Of a stretch of DNA of 32,000 nucleotides, positions 10,160 to 18,345 are shown in pieces. The position numbers were made by a program, and so were the translations under genes. How positions within the stretch are numbered: the first letter of the stretch is position 1; the number at the start of each line of letters is the position of its first letter. The stretch spans positions 1 through 32,000 of the forward strand of contig NZ_FUWK01000006.1 of the NCBI RefSeq assembly GCF_900167395.1. Direction: 5' to 3'. The DNA is from Nitrosomonas europaea (lineage in GTDB: Bacteria; Pseudomonadota; Gammaproteobacteria; Burkholderiales; Nitrosomonadaceae). The notes under the pieces were generated by a model, which did not search any database, was not told the origin of the DNA, and saw nothing but the letters and a program-made list of their open reading frames with translations.

Positions 10160-10445
10160 TCCTCAAGGAACCTCTGATCAAGTTCTCCATGAGCCGCATT
10201 GCAGGCAAAATCGTGATGATCACAAGAAGCACGACGAAGGTCGTAGCTATTCTACGATACCGAGGAGTGCGACACAGTGAGCGCATGATTTTGCCGCAAC
10301 CCTTTGGGGCACTGGTTTTACAGACGAACTGCAGCGTTGAGTTCGTTGTGAAGGGGCCAACCATTCACTGCCTCACTCGCCTTGCATTTCATCCGCAAAA
10401 CGCAGTGTGCAGCCATGTGGGACTTGATCAGAGGTTCCTTAAGGA
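10160..10445. repeat. 286-bp unit bounded by terminal inverted repeats (24 nt with one mismatch, 19 nt perfect); MITE-like element or long-range RNA stem
   Basis: The left arm is 10160-10183 (tcctcaaggaacctctgatcaagt). The right arm is 10422-10445 (acttgatcagaggttccttaagga). Positions 10165-10183 are the exact reverse complement of 10422-10440. Nested hairpins lie inside: 10204-10212/10287-10295, 10241-10246/10252-10257 and 10324-10330/10340-10346. The repeat itself is certain. Its nature is uncertain. Confidence 0.7.
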
Positions 10446-11725
10446 TTATCCAGACTGAAAACCTGTTTCTCATCGTCGTATGAAAAAATCTCTGCGTAGC
10501 GCCCCAGGGCAATAATGGTACGCAAGGTCTGCACGGCCGCAGCAGGCGGCATATAGTCCTCCAGTTCATCTGCGAACCGGCTCCACGGCGCCTGGTGTAC
10601 TGGCCGTTCATCGAGTACCCGTCGGATATGAGCTGCCAGCGCAACATAGGTCAGCAGATGGCGGGCAAAGAGGTGCTTGCGCCGGTCAGTATCGAAATCG
10701 GCAAACTGTCGTCCTTCCGTGGTCAGCCTGATATCGCCCCCTGCCACTTCGGCAAAGCGCAGCATCTGCAGCGTCTCGGCTACTGGAAATAACTCATCGA
10801 TCTCCATATGCAAAGACGAGGCAATCACAGGAAGATCTGCTTCCCCATTGTAAGGAGCGGCTGCTACCGCTTCGAGCAGGCCGGACAATGAATTCGAGGA
10901 TACATGAGGCAGAATTGTCCCGATACCCGTTCCCGGAAAATATTCTGTTCGTCTACCAGCGGGAACCGAAGCTGACCGGGTTGTCATTTCTACATAGATA
11001 CGCTCGACCAGATCGCGGAATGCCGGATCGAGACGCGCGCGCGGGTGCGGCAGTTCAACTTTGATCTCATTGAGAATACGGCCAGGATTACTGCCGAAAA
11101 TAAGAATACGATCGCACATCAGCACAGCTTCCTCAATATTGTGCGTGACAAGGATCACCCCCTTGATGGGAAGCTGGCCTTCTGACCAGAGATCGAGAAA
11201 GTCGGTACGCAGCGTCTCCGCCGTCAACACATCGAGTGCCGAGAACGGCTCATCCATGAGCAGGATATTGGGATGAACAACCAATGCGCGTGCAAAACCC
11301 ACACGCTGGCGCATGCCACCCGATAATTCACGCGGATAGGCTGATTCGAAGCCATCAAGCCCGATCAGATCGATCGCCTCGATTGCGCGCCGGTGTAACT
11401 CGCCGGTTGAAAGTCCCAGTGCTTCCAGACCCAGTTGCACGTTCTCCAGCACGGTCAACCAGGGAAACAGAGCAAACCCCTGAAATACCATGGCAATACC
11501 CGGTGGTGGCGCTGTTACTTCATTACCGTGATAAATAACGGAGCCGGCCGATGGCGGCGTAAGCCCGGCAATCGACCTCAACAATGTGGATTTACCCGAA
11601 CCCGAACGACCCAGCAAACCGATGATTTCGCCTTCACCCAGCGTGAAATCGATTCCATCGAGCACGAGTAACTCGCTGCCATCCGGTTTGCGAAATGACT
11701 TGCGAACACCACGGATATCCAGCAA
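10439..11725 (-). CDS. ABC transporter ATP-binding protein, NitT/TauT (nitrate/sulfonate/bicarbonate) type, with a C-terminal AAA-associated domain
   Basis: The product is 428 aa if the TTG at 11725 is the start. It has Walker [11 protein letters not shown]-loop [11 protein letters not shown], signature LSGGMRQR, Walker [13 protein letters not shown] and H-loop VTHNIEEA. About 170 extra C-terminal residues follow (LSGLLEAV...[45 protein letters not shown]...[11 protein letters not shown]). They match my memory of Pfam AAA_assoc_C. The start codon is uncertain (see findings). Confidence 0.86.
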   Translation of the reverse strand: MLDIRGVRKSFRKPDGSELLVLDGIDFTLGEGEIIGLLGRSGSGKSTLLRSIAGLTPPSAGSVIYHGNEVTAPPPGIAMVFQGFALFPWLTVLENVQLGLEALGLSTGELHRRAIEAIDLIGLDGFESAYPRELSGGMRQRVGFARALVVHPNILLMDEPFSALDVLTAETLRTDFLDLWSEGQLPIKGVILVTHNIEEAVLMCDRILIFGSNPGRILNEIKVELPHPRARLDPAFRDLVERIYVEMTTRSASVPAGRRTEYFPGTGIGTILPHVSSNSLSGLLEAVAAAPYNGEADLPVIASSLHMEIDELFPVAETLQMLRFAEVAGGDIRLTTEGRQFADFDTDRRKHLFARHLLTYVALAAHIRRVLDERPVHQAPWSRFADELEDYMPPAAAVQTLRTIIALGRYAEIFSYDDEKQVFSLDNP

Positions 11726-11752
11726 TGGGGCAATGTCGATGTGAATCTCCTT

Positions 11753-13495
11753 TCAGCCTAGGCGGAATTTGCGTTCGGCCAGTATATAGAGCGGGCGCCA
11801 GAACAGACGATTGATAAGGACAACGAACGCACTCATGACCGCAATCCCGAGAACGATACGATGAAAATCGCCGGCTGCAGTCGCCTCTGCGATATAGGCA
11901 CCGAGGCCATTCGCCTTCAGGGTAGTGTCTCCCCAGTTGGCAAGTTCCGCGACGATGCTGGCATTCCATGATCCACCGGAAGCAGTGACAGCACCTGTCA
12001 TGTAAAAGGGAAATACCGCTGGTAACGCGATACGCCGCCACCACAACCAGCCCCGGACGCCAAGATTAATCCCGATATCCCGCAGCTCACCCGGAATGGT
12101 CGATGCGCCTGCAATGACGTTAAACAGGATATACCACTGCGTACCAAGAATCATCAATGGGCTTAGCCAGATATCCGGATCGAGCCGCAACACCACTATC
12201 CCCGACACTGCCAGCGGAAACAACAGATTGGCAGGAAATGCCGCCATAAACTGGGTGACCGGCTGGATGATACGCGCTGCCGCCGGATGCAATCCGATCC
12301 AGACCCCGACTGGTACCCAAATGACACTGGCGACCGCAATCAGGACAAAGACTCGCACCATGGTCACACAACCCAAAAAAACAGTCGTTCCGACCTCATC
12401 CGGTGTTACACCCTGCAAGACAAAAACTGTAATTTTCCACATGCTAACAGCACAAATAACAGCAATTGCACCGTACCATAGCCAGTCGAGCCACGAAATC
12501 ACGCCCGACCCCATAGTGTTCCGGGCAGTCCGGGCCAGTTCCCGAGAAGCTCCATCATTCCCTGCCCGATAAGTCCATCGCCACATCCTGACCAGTGGCA
12601 CAACAGCCATTGCCACCCAGCGTGACCGGCGCAGCGCCATCAACACCCAGGAACGCGGCGGATTTCTATCTGCTTCCTGTTCGAAGCGAAAGCGATCCAC
12701 CCAGGCCACAAGCGGTCTGAACAGAAGCTGGTCGTAAATCAGAATCACGATGAGCATGACTGCGATCGCCCGGCCGACCGCCCCAAGATCACGCTGGTCA
12801 ATAGCCAGCGCGATATATGAACCAATGCCCGGCAGTGTGACAACCGTGTTCCCCACGCTGATTGCTTCAGAAGCAACGACGAAAAACCAGCCGGCCGACA
12901 TCGACATCATCATATTCCACACGAGTGCCGGCATCGCAAAAGGTACTTCAAGCTTCCAGAAGCGCATCCATGGACTGAGCCGGAAAGAACGTGATGCTTC
13001 GACAAGTTCAGTCGGAACTGTGCGCAGCGACTGGTAGAAACTGAATGCCATGTTCCAGGCCTGACTGGTAAAAATGGCAAAGATGGCAACCAGCTCGGCA
13101 CCCAGCATTCTTCCGGGAGCGAACGACATGAAAAAAACCACCGTAACTGAAATAAAGCCAAGTATCGGTACAGACTGGAGAATATCGAGCAACGGGATAA
13201 GAACCTGCCCGGCACGCCGGCTCTTGGCAGCCCAGGTAGCATAGGTGAACGTAAAAATCAGCGACAGTACCATTGCTGCAAGCATCCTGAGCGACGTGCG
13301 TAGCACATATTCCGGCAGACCCGATGGTTCAAGACTGATAACAGTCTCCCCCGGTCCGGCCAGAGGCTGCATGAGATCGCGACTTGTCTGGGCGAGAAAA
13401 ACCACCATGCCAAGCACCAGCAATACGGCAACGAGATCCCAGAATATCGCTGAAAAACGATGAGATAATCTGGCTGACGCGTGCTGTGTCTTCAT
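11753..13495 (-). CDS. ABC transporter permease with two fused BPD_transp_1-type transmembrane domains
   Basis: The ORF runs 11753..13576 from a GTG. I prefer the ATG at 13495 (MKTQHASARLS...) because AAAGGG lies 5 nt upstream. The product is highly hydrophobic throughout. It has two EAA-type cytoplasmic loops: EASRSFRLSPWMRFWKLEVPFAMP in the first half and DIGINLGVRGWLWWRRIALPAVFP in the second. This indicates an internal duplication. Confidence 0.85.
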   Translation of the reverse strand: MKTQHASARLSHRFSAIFWDLVAVLLVLGMVVFLAQTSRDLMQPLAGPGETVISLEPSGLPEYVLRTSLRMLAAMVLSLIFTFTYATWAAKSRRAGQVLIPLLDILQSVPILGFISVTVVFFMSFAPGRMLGAELVAIFAIFTSQAWNMAFSFYQSLRTVPTELVEASRSFRLSPWMRFWKLEVPFAMPALVWNMMMSMSAGWFFVVASEAISVGNTVVTLPGIGSYIALAIDQRDLGAVGRAIAVMLIVILIYDQLLFRPLVAWVDRFRFEQEADRNPPRSWVLMALRRSRWVAMAVVPLVRMWRWTYRAGNDGASRELARTARNTMGSGVISWLDWLWYGAIAVICAVSMWKITVFVLQGVTPDEVGTTVFLGCVTMVRVFVLIAVASVIWVPVGVWIGLHPAAARIIQPVTQFMAAFPANLLFPLAVSGIVVLRLDPDIWLSPLMILGTQWYILFNVIAGASTIPGELRDIGINLGVRGWLWWRRIALPAVFPFYMTGAVTASGGSWNASIVAELANWGDTTLKANGLGAYIAEATAAGDFHRIVLGIAVMSAFVVLINRLFWRPLYILAERKFRLG

Positions 13496-13821
13496 CTTCA
13501 CCCTTTCACGACTGCTGCGCCGGTATATTCCGTTTACACTGAATGACAACAGGGTAACACCCCGGACCAGCCTCACCGGTTGATTATTACGAGAACAGTT
13601 TTAACACCTGATGCAGTGAGATTGAGATATACGTCGATTGACGAACTGAGGCAGGAATATTCCGAGCTGTTATGGGCTGATACCGGAGATCAGAATTCGG
13701 TTTCAGGATAGTCCGCCATACTTCCAAGAGTCTGTTCCGGCCTGCCTGAGTTTATTCGCCACACAACAGGCAAGCCGGTTTGAAACAGAACACATACCTG
13801 TTGGTATATGCCGGGATAACG

Positions 13822-16233
13822 CTAAAACATCATACTGACAGAAAATGCTACTGTTCTTGGCACACCTAAATAATTAGCATTTTGCCAGTAGTTTTTACCG
13901 GTTAGATTAATGACGTTCAGGCGTACTACCAGTGACTTATTCAGTACACGAGTCGCGTATCGTGCTCCGACATCATACAGGGTATAGCTGGGAATTTTAT
14001 CAGTGTTGGTAGTATTACCATACTGTTCACCAGTATAGTAAATACCACCGGTCAGGCTAAACCCTGGGATCCATGGCAGCGCATATTCTGCGTAAATTTT
14101 GCCCATTCTGGATGCAGCATTGACTGGTTTTTTACCTTCGAGAGCAGGGTTATTGGATTTTTCTACATTGATATCCATCAGCGTGCCGCCCCCTATGATA
14201 GTCAGATTGTCAGTTACTTTTCCAGTCAGAACCAGTTCCACGCCGTTATGCACCTGCAGACCATCCTGCACGTAAGTGGGGATGGGTGTTGCATTATCTG
14301 AATATTGATTGGCTTTTTCAATCCGGAATAGCGCAGCACTCAATAATAAATTAGGATTGATATCGTATTTCAGACCTACTTCATACTGCTTGCTGACCAA
14401 TGAAGGTAGCACTGTTCCACGATTGGCATAGGTATTACCTACTATTAAGCCAGCTTCAAGTGCTTCCATATAGGAAGCATAGGTGGTTACCTCTTCAATT
14501 GGTTTGTATAGCAATGAAACAGTGGGAGTCAGTTTAGATTTATCATATTTGATGACATTATTCCCAGGATAAGATGATTTATTTATCGCGGTAGCGTAAT
14601 TAAATCCAACCATTGCAGACCATTGATCATTGAAGATAATATTGTCACCTATCAGAACATTATCATATCGGGCTACATAAACGGATATCATTGACGTATC
14701 TCCGGAAGATCGCCAACTGGGTTCTGGGATATGCTTGAGTGCACTTAGTGAAAAGCTGGTTGTGCCAGTCTGGGACTCTTCTCCAGCGACAGTGCGAAAA
14801 TAATCATAAAAAGTAGAGGAGTAACCTAGAGTCAGCTTGTGGTCGACAGAAAAAGTTGAAAAGCGGGTATCCAAGTAAATATAGCCCCCATAATTTTCAT
14901 GTTTTTCCCGAGGGTAGTTTACCGTTCTGGGAATAAAGGTTCTATCTACCTGTTCATTTAAAGATATTTGATCAGCTCTCAGATTAGCATATTGATAGGA
15001 AAAAGCGCTTCTAATGGTGAGATACTTACTGGGATCCCAGCGCAGGCTGGTATAAGCCTTATGACTTTCCAGATCATTGGATGCCCATTTTGGAGAATAG
15101 CGTTTGCTGGTATCAATAAAAATCCTTTCCACTATATTATTAAATATAGGTTGTGTCGCTTCTTTTCTGTAGTCGTTATAGGTATATTTGATGTCAGCAT
15201 AAAGAGTATCGGTAAGATGGCCATCCAGCACAATGTTGGCTACTTTCTGGTTTACCGGTTCACCGATGGCGGTATCTCCGCCCTGATAGAGCAGATTAGC
15301 CCGATAACCAAAGCGGCCCTGGTCATCAAATTTTCCGCCGATATCGGCATGGCCATAAAATTGGGTGCCGCCATAATTACCAAATGTCAACCTTCTAAGC
15401 GGGGTATCGGTAGAGTTTTTAGTCACATAGTTGACGGCTCCACCTACTCTGCCACCACCGTAGAGAAAGCCTGAGGTTCCACTGAGAATTTCAACCCGAT
15501 CGATCTCGACTACTGATACCGCAGAACCGGTCCTAAAGGCAAGTGGTATGCCATCGAAAACGGGATTAATTGTTTCAAATCCACGTATCCTGACGAGAGG
15601 CAGACCAGTTATATTCTGGATGGCCGGTTCCTGAGTCAACGGGTTCATTTTGAAGATCTGGCCCATGTTCTGAGCATTGACATTTTCGATCAGATCAGAA
15701 GGAACGACACTCATCGAATAAGGGGTATCGCGCAAACTGCGCTTACCCCATGGGCCAATACTGCTGATATCGCTGACCCGGTAACCTTCTTCCACTGTAC
15801 CTTGCTTCAAGGTATCAGCCGATGCACTCACCGTCATCAGCGGTAATGTCTGGCCGGTTATGACTGGCGTTTGCGGGCGCAGCCTGAAGCCACCCTCCAC
15901 CCGTTTGCTGGCTTCCAGTCCAGTACCTGTCAGCAATACATTCAGAGCTTCCAGTACGGTAAAACTGCCATGGATGCCGGAGCTGCGTTTACCGGCAATT
16001 TCACTTTCCGTATACGAGATCATGACGCCGTTCGCCTGGCCGAAACTGACCAGCACACTTTTCAGTGTACCGGCTGGTATTGCATAGGTTTGACGACCTG
16101 CTTCACTCTGAGCCTGCGCCGGGATTGCCGATAATATGAGGGCTGTACCCAATATGAAAAACACCAGGCGCGTGATAAGCACACAGGATTTGCAGACCGG
16201 AAATAGGGTAGAACGGTGGTGATGCGGATTCAT
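13822..16233 (-). CDS. TonB-dependent siderophore-type receptor/transducer with N-terminal STN signalling domain
   Basis: The 803-aa product has AAGGAA upstream of its ATG and a signal peptide ending AQAQ-S. An N-terminal extension (YAIPAGTLKSVLVSFGQANGVMISY...LEALNVLLTGTGL) is typical of FecA/FpvA-type transducers. Plug motifs are present (IEILSGTSGFLYG). A long beta-barrel ends in the aromatic terminal residue ...AFSVSMMF. Confidence 0.9.
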   Translation of the reverse strand: MNPHHHRSTLFPVCKSCVLITRLVFFILGTALILSAIPAQAQSEAGRQTYAIPAGTLKSVLVSFGQANGVMISYTESEIAGKRSSGIHGSFTVLEALNVLLTGTGLEASKRVEGGFRLRPQTPVITGQTLPLMTVSASADTLKQGTVEEGYRVSDISSIGPWGKRSLRDTPYSMSVVPSDLIENVNAQNMGQIFKMNPLTQEPAIQNITGLPLVRIRGFETINPVFDGIPLAFRTGSAVSVVEIDRVEILSGTSGFLYGGGRVGGAVNYVTKNSTDTPLRRLTFGNYGGTQFYGHADIGGKFDDQGRFGYRANLLYQGGDTAIGEPVNQKVANIVLDGHLTDTLYADIKYTYNDYRKEATQPIFNNIVERIFIDTSKRYSPKWASNDLESHKAYTSLRWDPSKYLTIRSAFSYQYANLRADQISLNEQVDRTFIPRTVNYPREKHENYGGYIYLDTRFSTFSVDHKLTLGYSSTFYDYFRTVAGEESQTGTTSFSLSALKHIPEPSWRSSGDTSMISVYVARYDNVLIGDNIIFNDQWSAMVGFNYATAINKSSYPGNNVIKYDKSKLTPTVSLLYKPIEEVTTYASYMEALEAGLIVGNTYANRGTVLPSLVSKQYEVGLKYDINPNLLLSAALFRIEKANQYSDNATPIPTYVQDGLQVHNGVELVLTGKVTDNLTIIGGGTLMDINVEKSNNPALEGKKPVNAASRMGKIYAEYALPWIPGFSLTGGIYYTGEQYGNTTNTDKIPSYTLYDVGARYATRVLNKSLVVRLNVINLTGKNYWQNANYLGVPRTVAFSVSMMF

Positions 16234-16397
16234 GCGAAGTTTCCTTTCTCAGTTAAAAAATGTGGCACTTACCTGATTTGCCACGCGAGAAAGAAAAACC
16301 CCTCAATTTTGCTGAAATTTAATTGTGAAAGTTGGTGCTATAGCCGAATTAGTCAATCCAGCCCGGAAAATACAGGATTGGTATTGAAACAGGATGA

Positions 16398-17450
16398 TCA
16401 GCGATCACCACGTGCACGAATGGCGACCCAATAACGGGTCAGGCTGTATATTTCGATAGGATGCACGTGCAACAGCATATCGAGCACACGCTCGGTGTCT
16501 TCGATGGGATAAATGCCGGACACTTTCAGATGGCTCAGTTCAGGGTCGCAACTCAGGTAGCCCGGCCGGTAACGTGCCAGTTCATCAATAAAATCGGTCA
16601 GCGGCATTTCCTGGACGACCAGCATCCCGGTTACCCAGGAAGCGGCATGGGTATCGATCGTCTGCGGAGTTTCAATGGCGTTGCGAGTAAAGCTTATCTG
16701 TTCTCCCGCCTGTAAAACACGGGCTTGATCCGAAGCATCAGCAGGCCGGATCTCGACCATTCCTTCAAACAGGCTGACATGGCTGTCATTTTCCCGCTGG
16801 CGGACAGCAAAACGGGTACCCAGCGCGCGCAACCTTCCCTGATCGGTTTCAACGATGAAAGGCTGCCCGGTACCCGAAGCGGAATCAGGCGCCGTGGTCA
16901 CAAGTATTTCTCCCCGGATGAGGGTGACCAGCCGTATTGCATTGTCAAAGTGTACATCGATGATGCTGGCGGTATTGAGCATGATCCGCGTACCATCAGC
17001 CAGTACGATGGTACGGCGTTCACTGGTAGCGGTGCGATGATCGGCATGCCATTCACGCCAGACGGGATTGTCACGCAGCAGCCAGGTACTGGTGCCCGTA
17101 AAAGCTATCACACCCAGTAATTTGATGGCCCGGCGTCGGGCATGCCGTTTTTCGGTATCGTCCCGGATCAGAGTGCCATGCGCCAAGGGTGAATGCATTG
17201 CACGCATCTGGGTAGCAGATGCTTCGATATGCTGCCAGGCACGTTCATGGTCAGGGTGTACGTCACGCCACTGCTGCCATTTGGCACGTGTAGCCTGAGT
17301 GGTATTGGGTGCTTGTAGCATTACGAGCCACTTTGCCGCCTGCAAAGTGACCTGTTTAGGCAAGGGTGGACCTTCGGGTGTCGGAAAGACGGCAGTTCGA
17401 TCGGATGGAAGATCAGCGCCCGATTCCGGTTCTTGAGGCATACGGGTCAT
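16398..17450 (-). CDS. fecR: FecR-family transmembrane anti-sigma factor / sigma regulator
   Basis: The 350-aa product has the N-terminal cytoplasmic block AAKWLVMLQAPN...WQQWRDVHPDHERAWQ and a single TM segment (AIKLLGVIAFTGTSTWLL). Its periplasmic FecR domain contains RTIVLADGTRIMLNTASIIDV, LIRGEILV, FIVETDQGRLRALGTRFAV and LTDFIDELARYRPG. Its ATG overlaps the sigma-factor TGA as ATGA (17447-17450). Confidence 0.87.
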   Translation of the reverse strand: MTRMPQEPESGADLPSDRTAVFPTPEGPPLPKQVTLQAAKWLVMLQAPNTTQATRAKWQQWRDVHPDHERAWQHIEASATQMRAMHSPLAHGTLIRDDTEKRHARRRAIKLLGVIAFTGTSTWLLRDNPVWREWHADHRTATSERRTIVLADGTRIMLNTASIIDVHFDNAIRLVTLIRGEILVTTAPDSASGTGQPFIVETDQGRLRALGTRFAVRQRENDSHVSLFEGMVEIRPADASDQARVLQAGEQISFTRNAIETPQTIDTHAASWVTGMLVVQEMPLTDFIDELARYRPGYLSCDPELSHLKVSGIYPIEDTERVLDMLLHVHPIEIYSLTRYWVAIRARGDR

Positions 17451-17950
17451 TCACCGAAATAACACTGGTGTACTGCCTTGACGATATAGCGCTGCACTGT
17501 GGCCAGTGAGAGATTCAGTTCAGCGGCGATATCGGTTTGTTTCATCCCATCGACCTGTGACAATAGAAAGGCCCGGCGAACGAGTGGCGCCAGCATGTCG
17601 AGACGCCGGTCGATTTCAATCAGTGTTTCCAGCAGGATTACCCGGATTTCAGGATCGGGTGCCTGTGCCTCTGGCAGATGAGCAAGCGTTTCCAGGTAGG
17701 CAGTTTCGATTTTACGCCGCCGGTAAAAGTTCGAAACGATTCCTTGGGCAATCGTCGTCAGTAAAGCGCGCGGTTGATGAATGACTGTCGATTGTTCTCG
17801 TGCAAGCAATCGCATGAAGATATCATGCGCCAGATCGGCCGCATCGAATGAATTGCCCAGCTTGCGGTATAACCATCTTTTGAGCCAGCCATGATGGTCT
17901 GTGTAGAGAATGGTAATCTCGTTCTCAGAAGCCTCTTCCGTAGTCGACAT
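17447..17950 (-). CDS. fecI: ECF sigma-70 factor, FecI (iron-starvation) group
   Basis: The 167-aa product has region 2 (LYTDHHGWLKRWLYRKLGNSFDAADLAHDIFMRLL) and region 4 (RRAFLLSQVDGMKQTDIAAELNLSLATVQRYIVKA). It is translationally coupled to fecR. Confidence 0.88.
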   Translation of the reverse strand: MSTTEEASENEITILYTDHHGWLKRWLYRKLGNSFDAADLAHDIFMRLLAREQSTVIHQPRALLTTIAQGIVSNFYRRRKIETAYLETLAHLPEAQAPDPEIRVILLETLIEIDRRLDMLAPLVRRAFLLSQVDGMKQTDIAAELNLSLATVQRYIVKAVHQCYFGE

Positions 17951-18345
17951 GTATTCCTTTTCCAGCCCTGGGCGATTGTTTCACATTAAATAAGAATGAT
18001 TTCTATTTAATTGTACTCAATACACACCCGTTGCTGCAATAAGGACGGCTCTCAGAAGTTCTTTTTGTCCAATGCTGCGAGCCAGTAGATCGAATTGATG
18101 GATCATTGACGAATACATCATGAAGAACCGTTGCCTGTTTATTGTCTATAAACTCAGATGTATAGGACGTTACATTAAATAGCGTATCCATCACATCGGA
18201 TTATTCAGGGGCCTGAATCATCATTGCAAAGCCCTGTAGAAACGAATGAATTATTTGTACCGGAAAGAAACAGAATCCAGCAATCAATCCAATACTGATT
18301 GTGGAATAACGATCAGGCAACTCAACCAGGCGATACTGGCTTTCA

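Noticed and set aside
10189-10647. ORFs 10189-10458 (+, 89 aa) and 10318-10647 (-, 109 aa) in and around the inverted-repeat unit.
   Set aside because: They have no motifs, run across the repeat arms or into the ATPase gene out of frame, and are better explained as chance ORFs in structured non-coding DNA. Only the short hydrophobic minus-strand ORF is kept, as a hypothesis in the findings.
11753-11755. The in-frame TGA between permease and ATPase as a selenocysteine codon.
   Set aside because: No SECIS-like hairpin immediately follows the TGA. Neither protein family is known to contain selenocysteine, and a Shine-Dalgarno sequence overlaps the stop, which argues for termination and reinitiation.
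13496-13821. A TPP or cobalamin riboswitch in the permease leader.
   Set aside because: Fragments such as cctgaaacc...ctgatctccggtatcag superficially recall the TPP core. The conserved CUGAGA/ACCUGAUCUGGAUAAUGCCAGCG elements and the B12 box are not present. An Infernal scan would be needed to be sure.
16234-16397. A FecI-dependent promoter, and the hairpin gtggca-N11-tgccac (16262-16284), in the fecR-to-receptor spacer.
   Set aside because: A sigma-dependent promoter is expected here, but I could not identify confident -35/-10 elements. The hairpin has only a 6-bp stem, so neither is reported as a feature.
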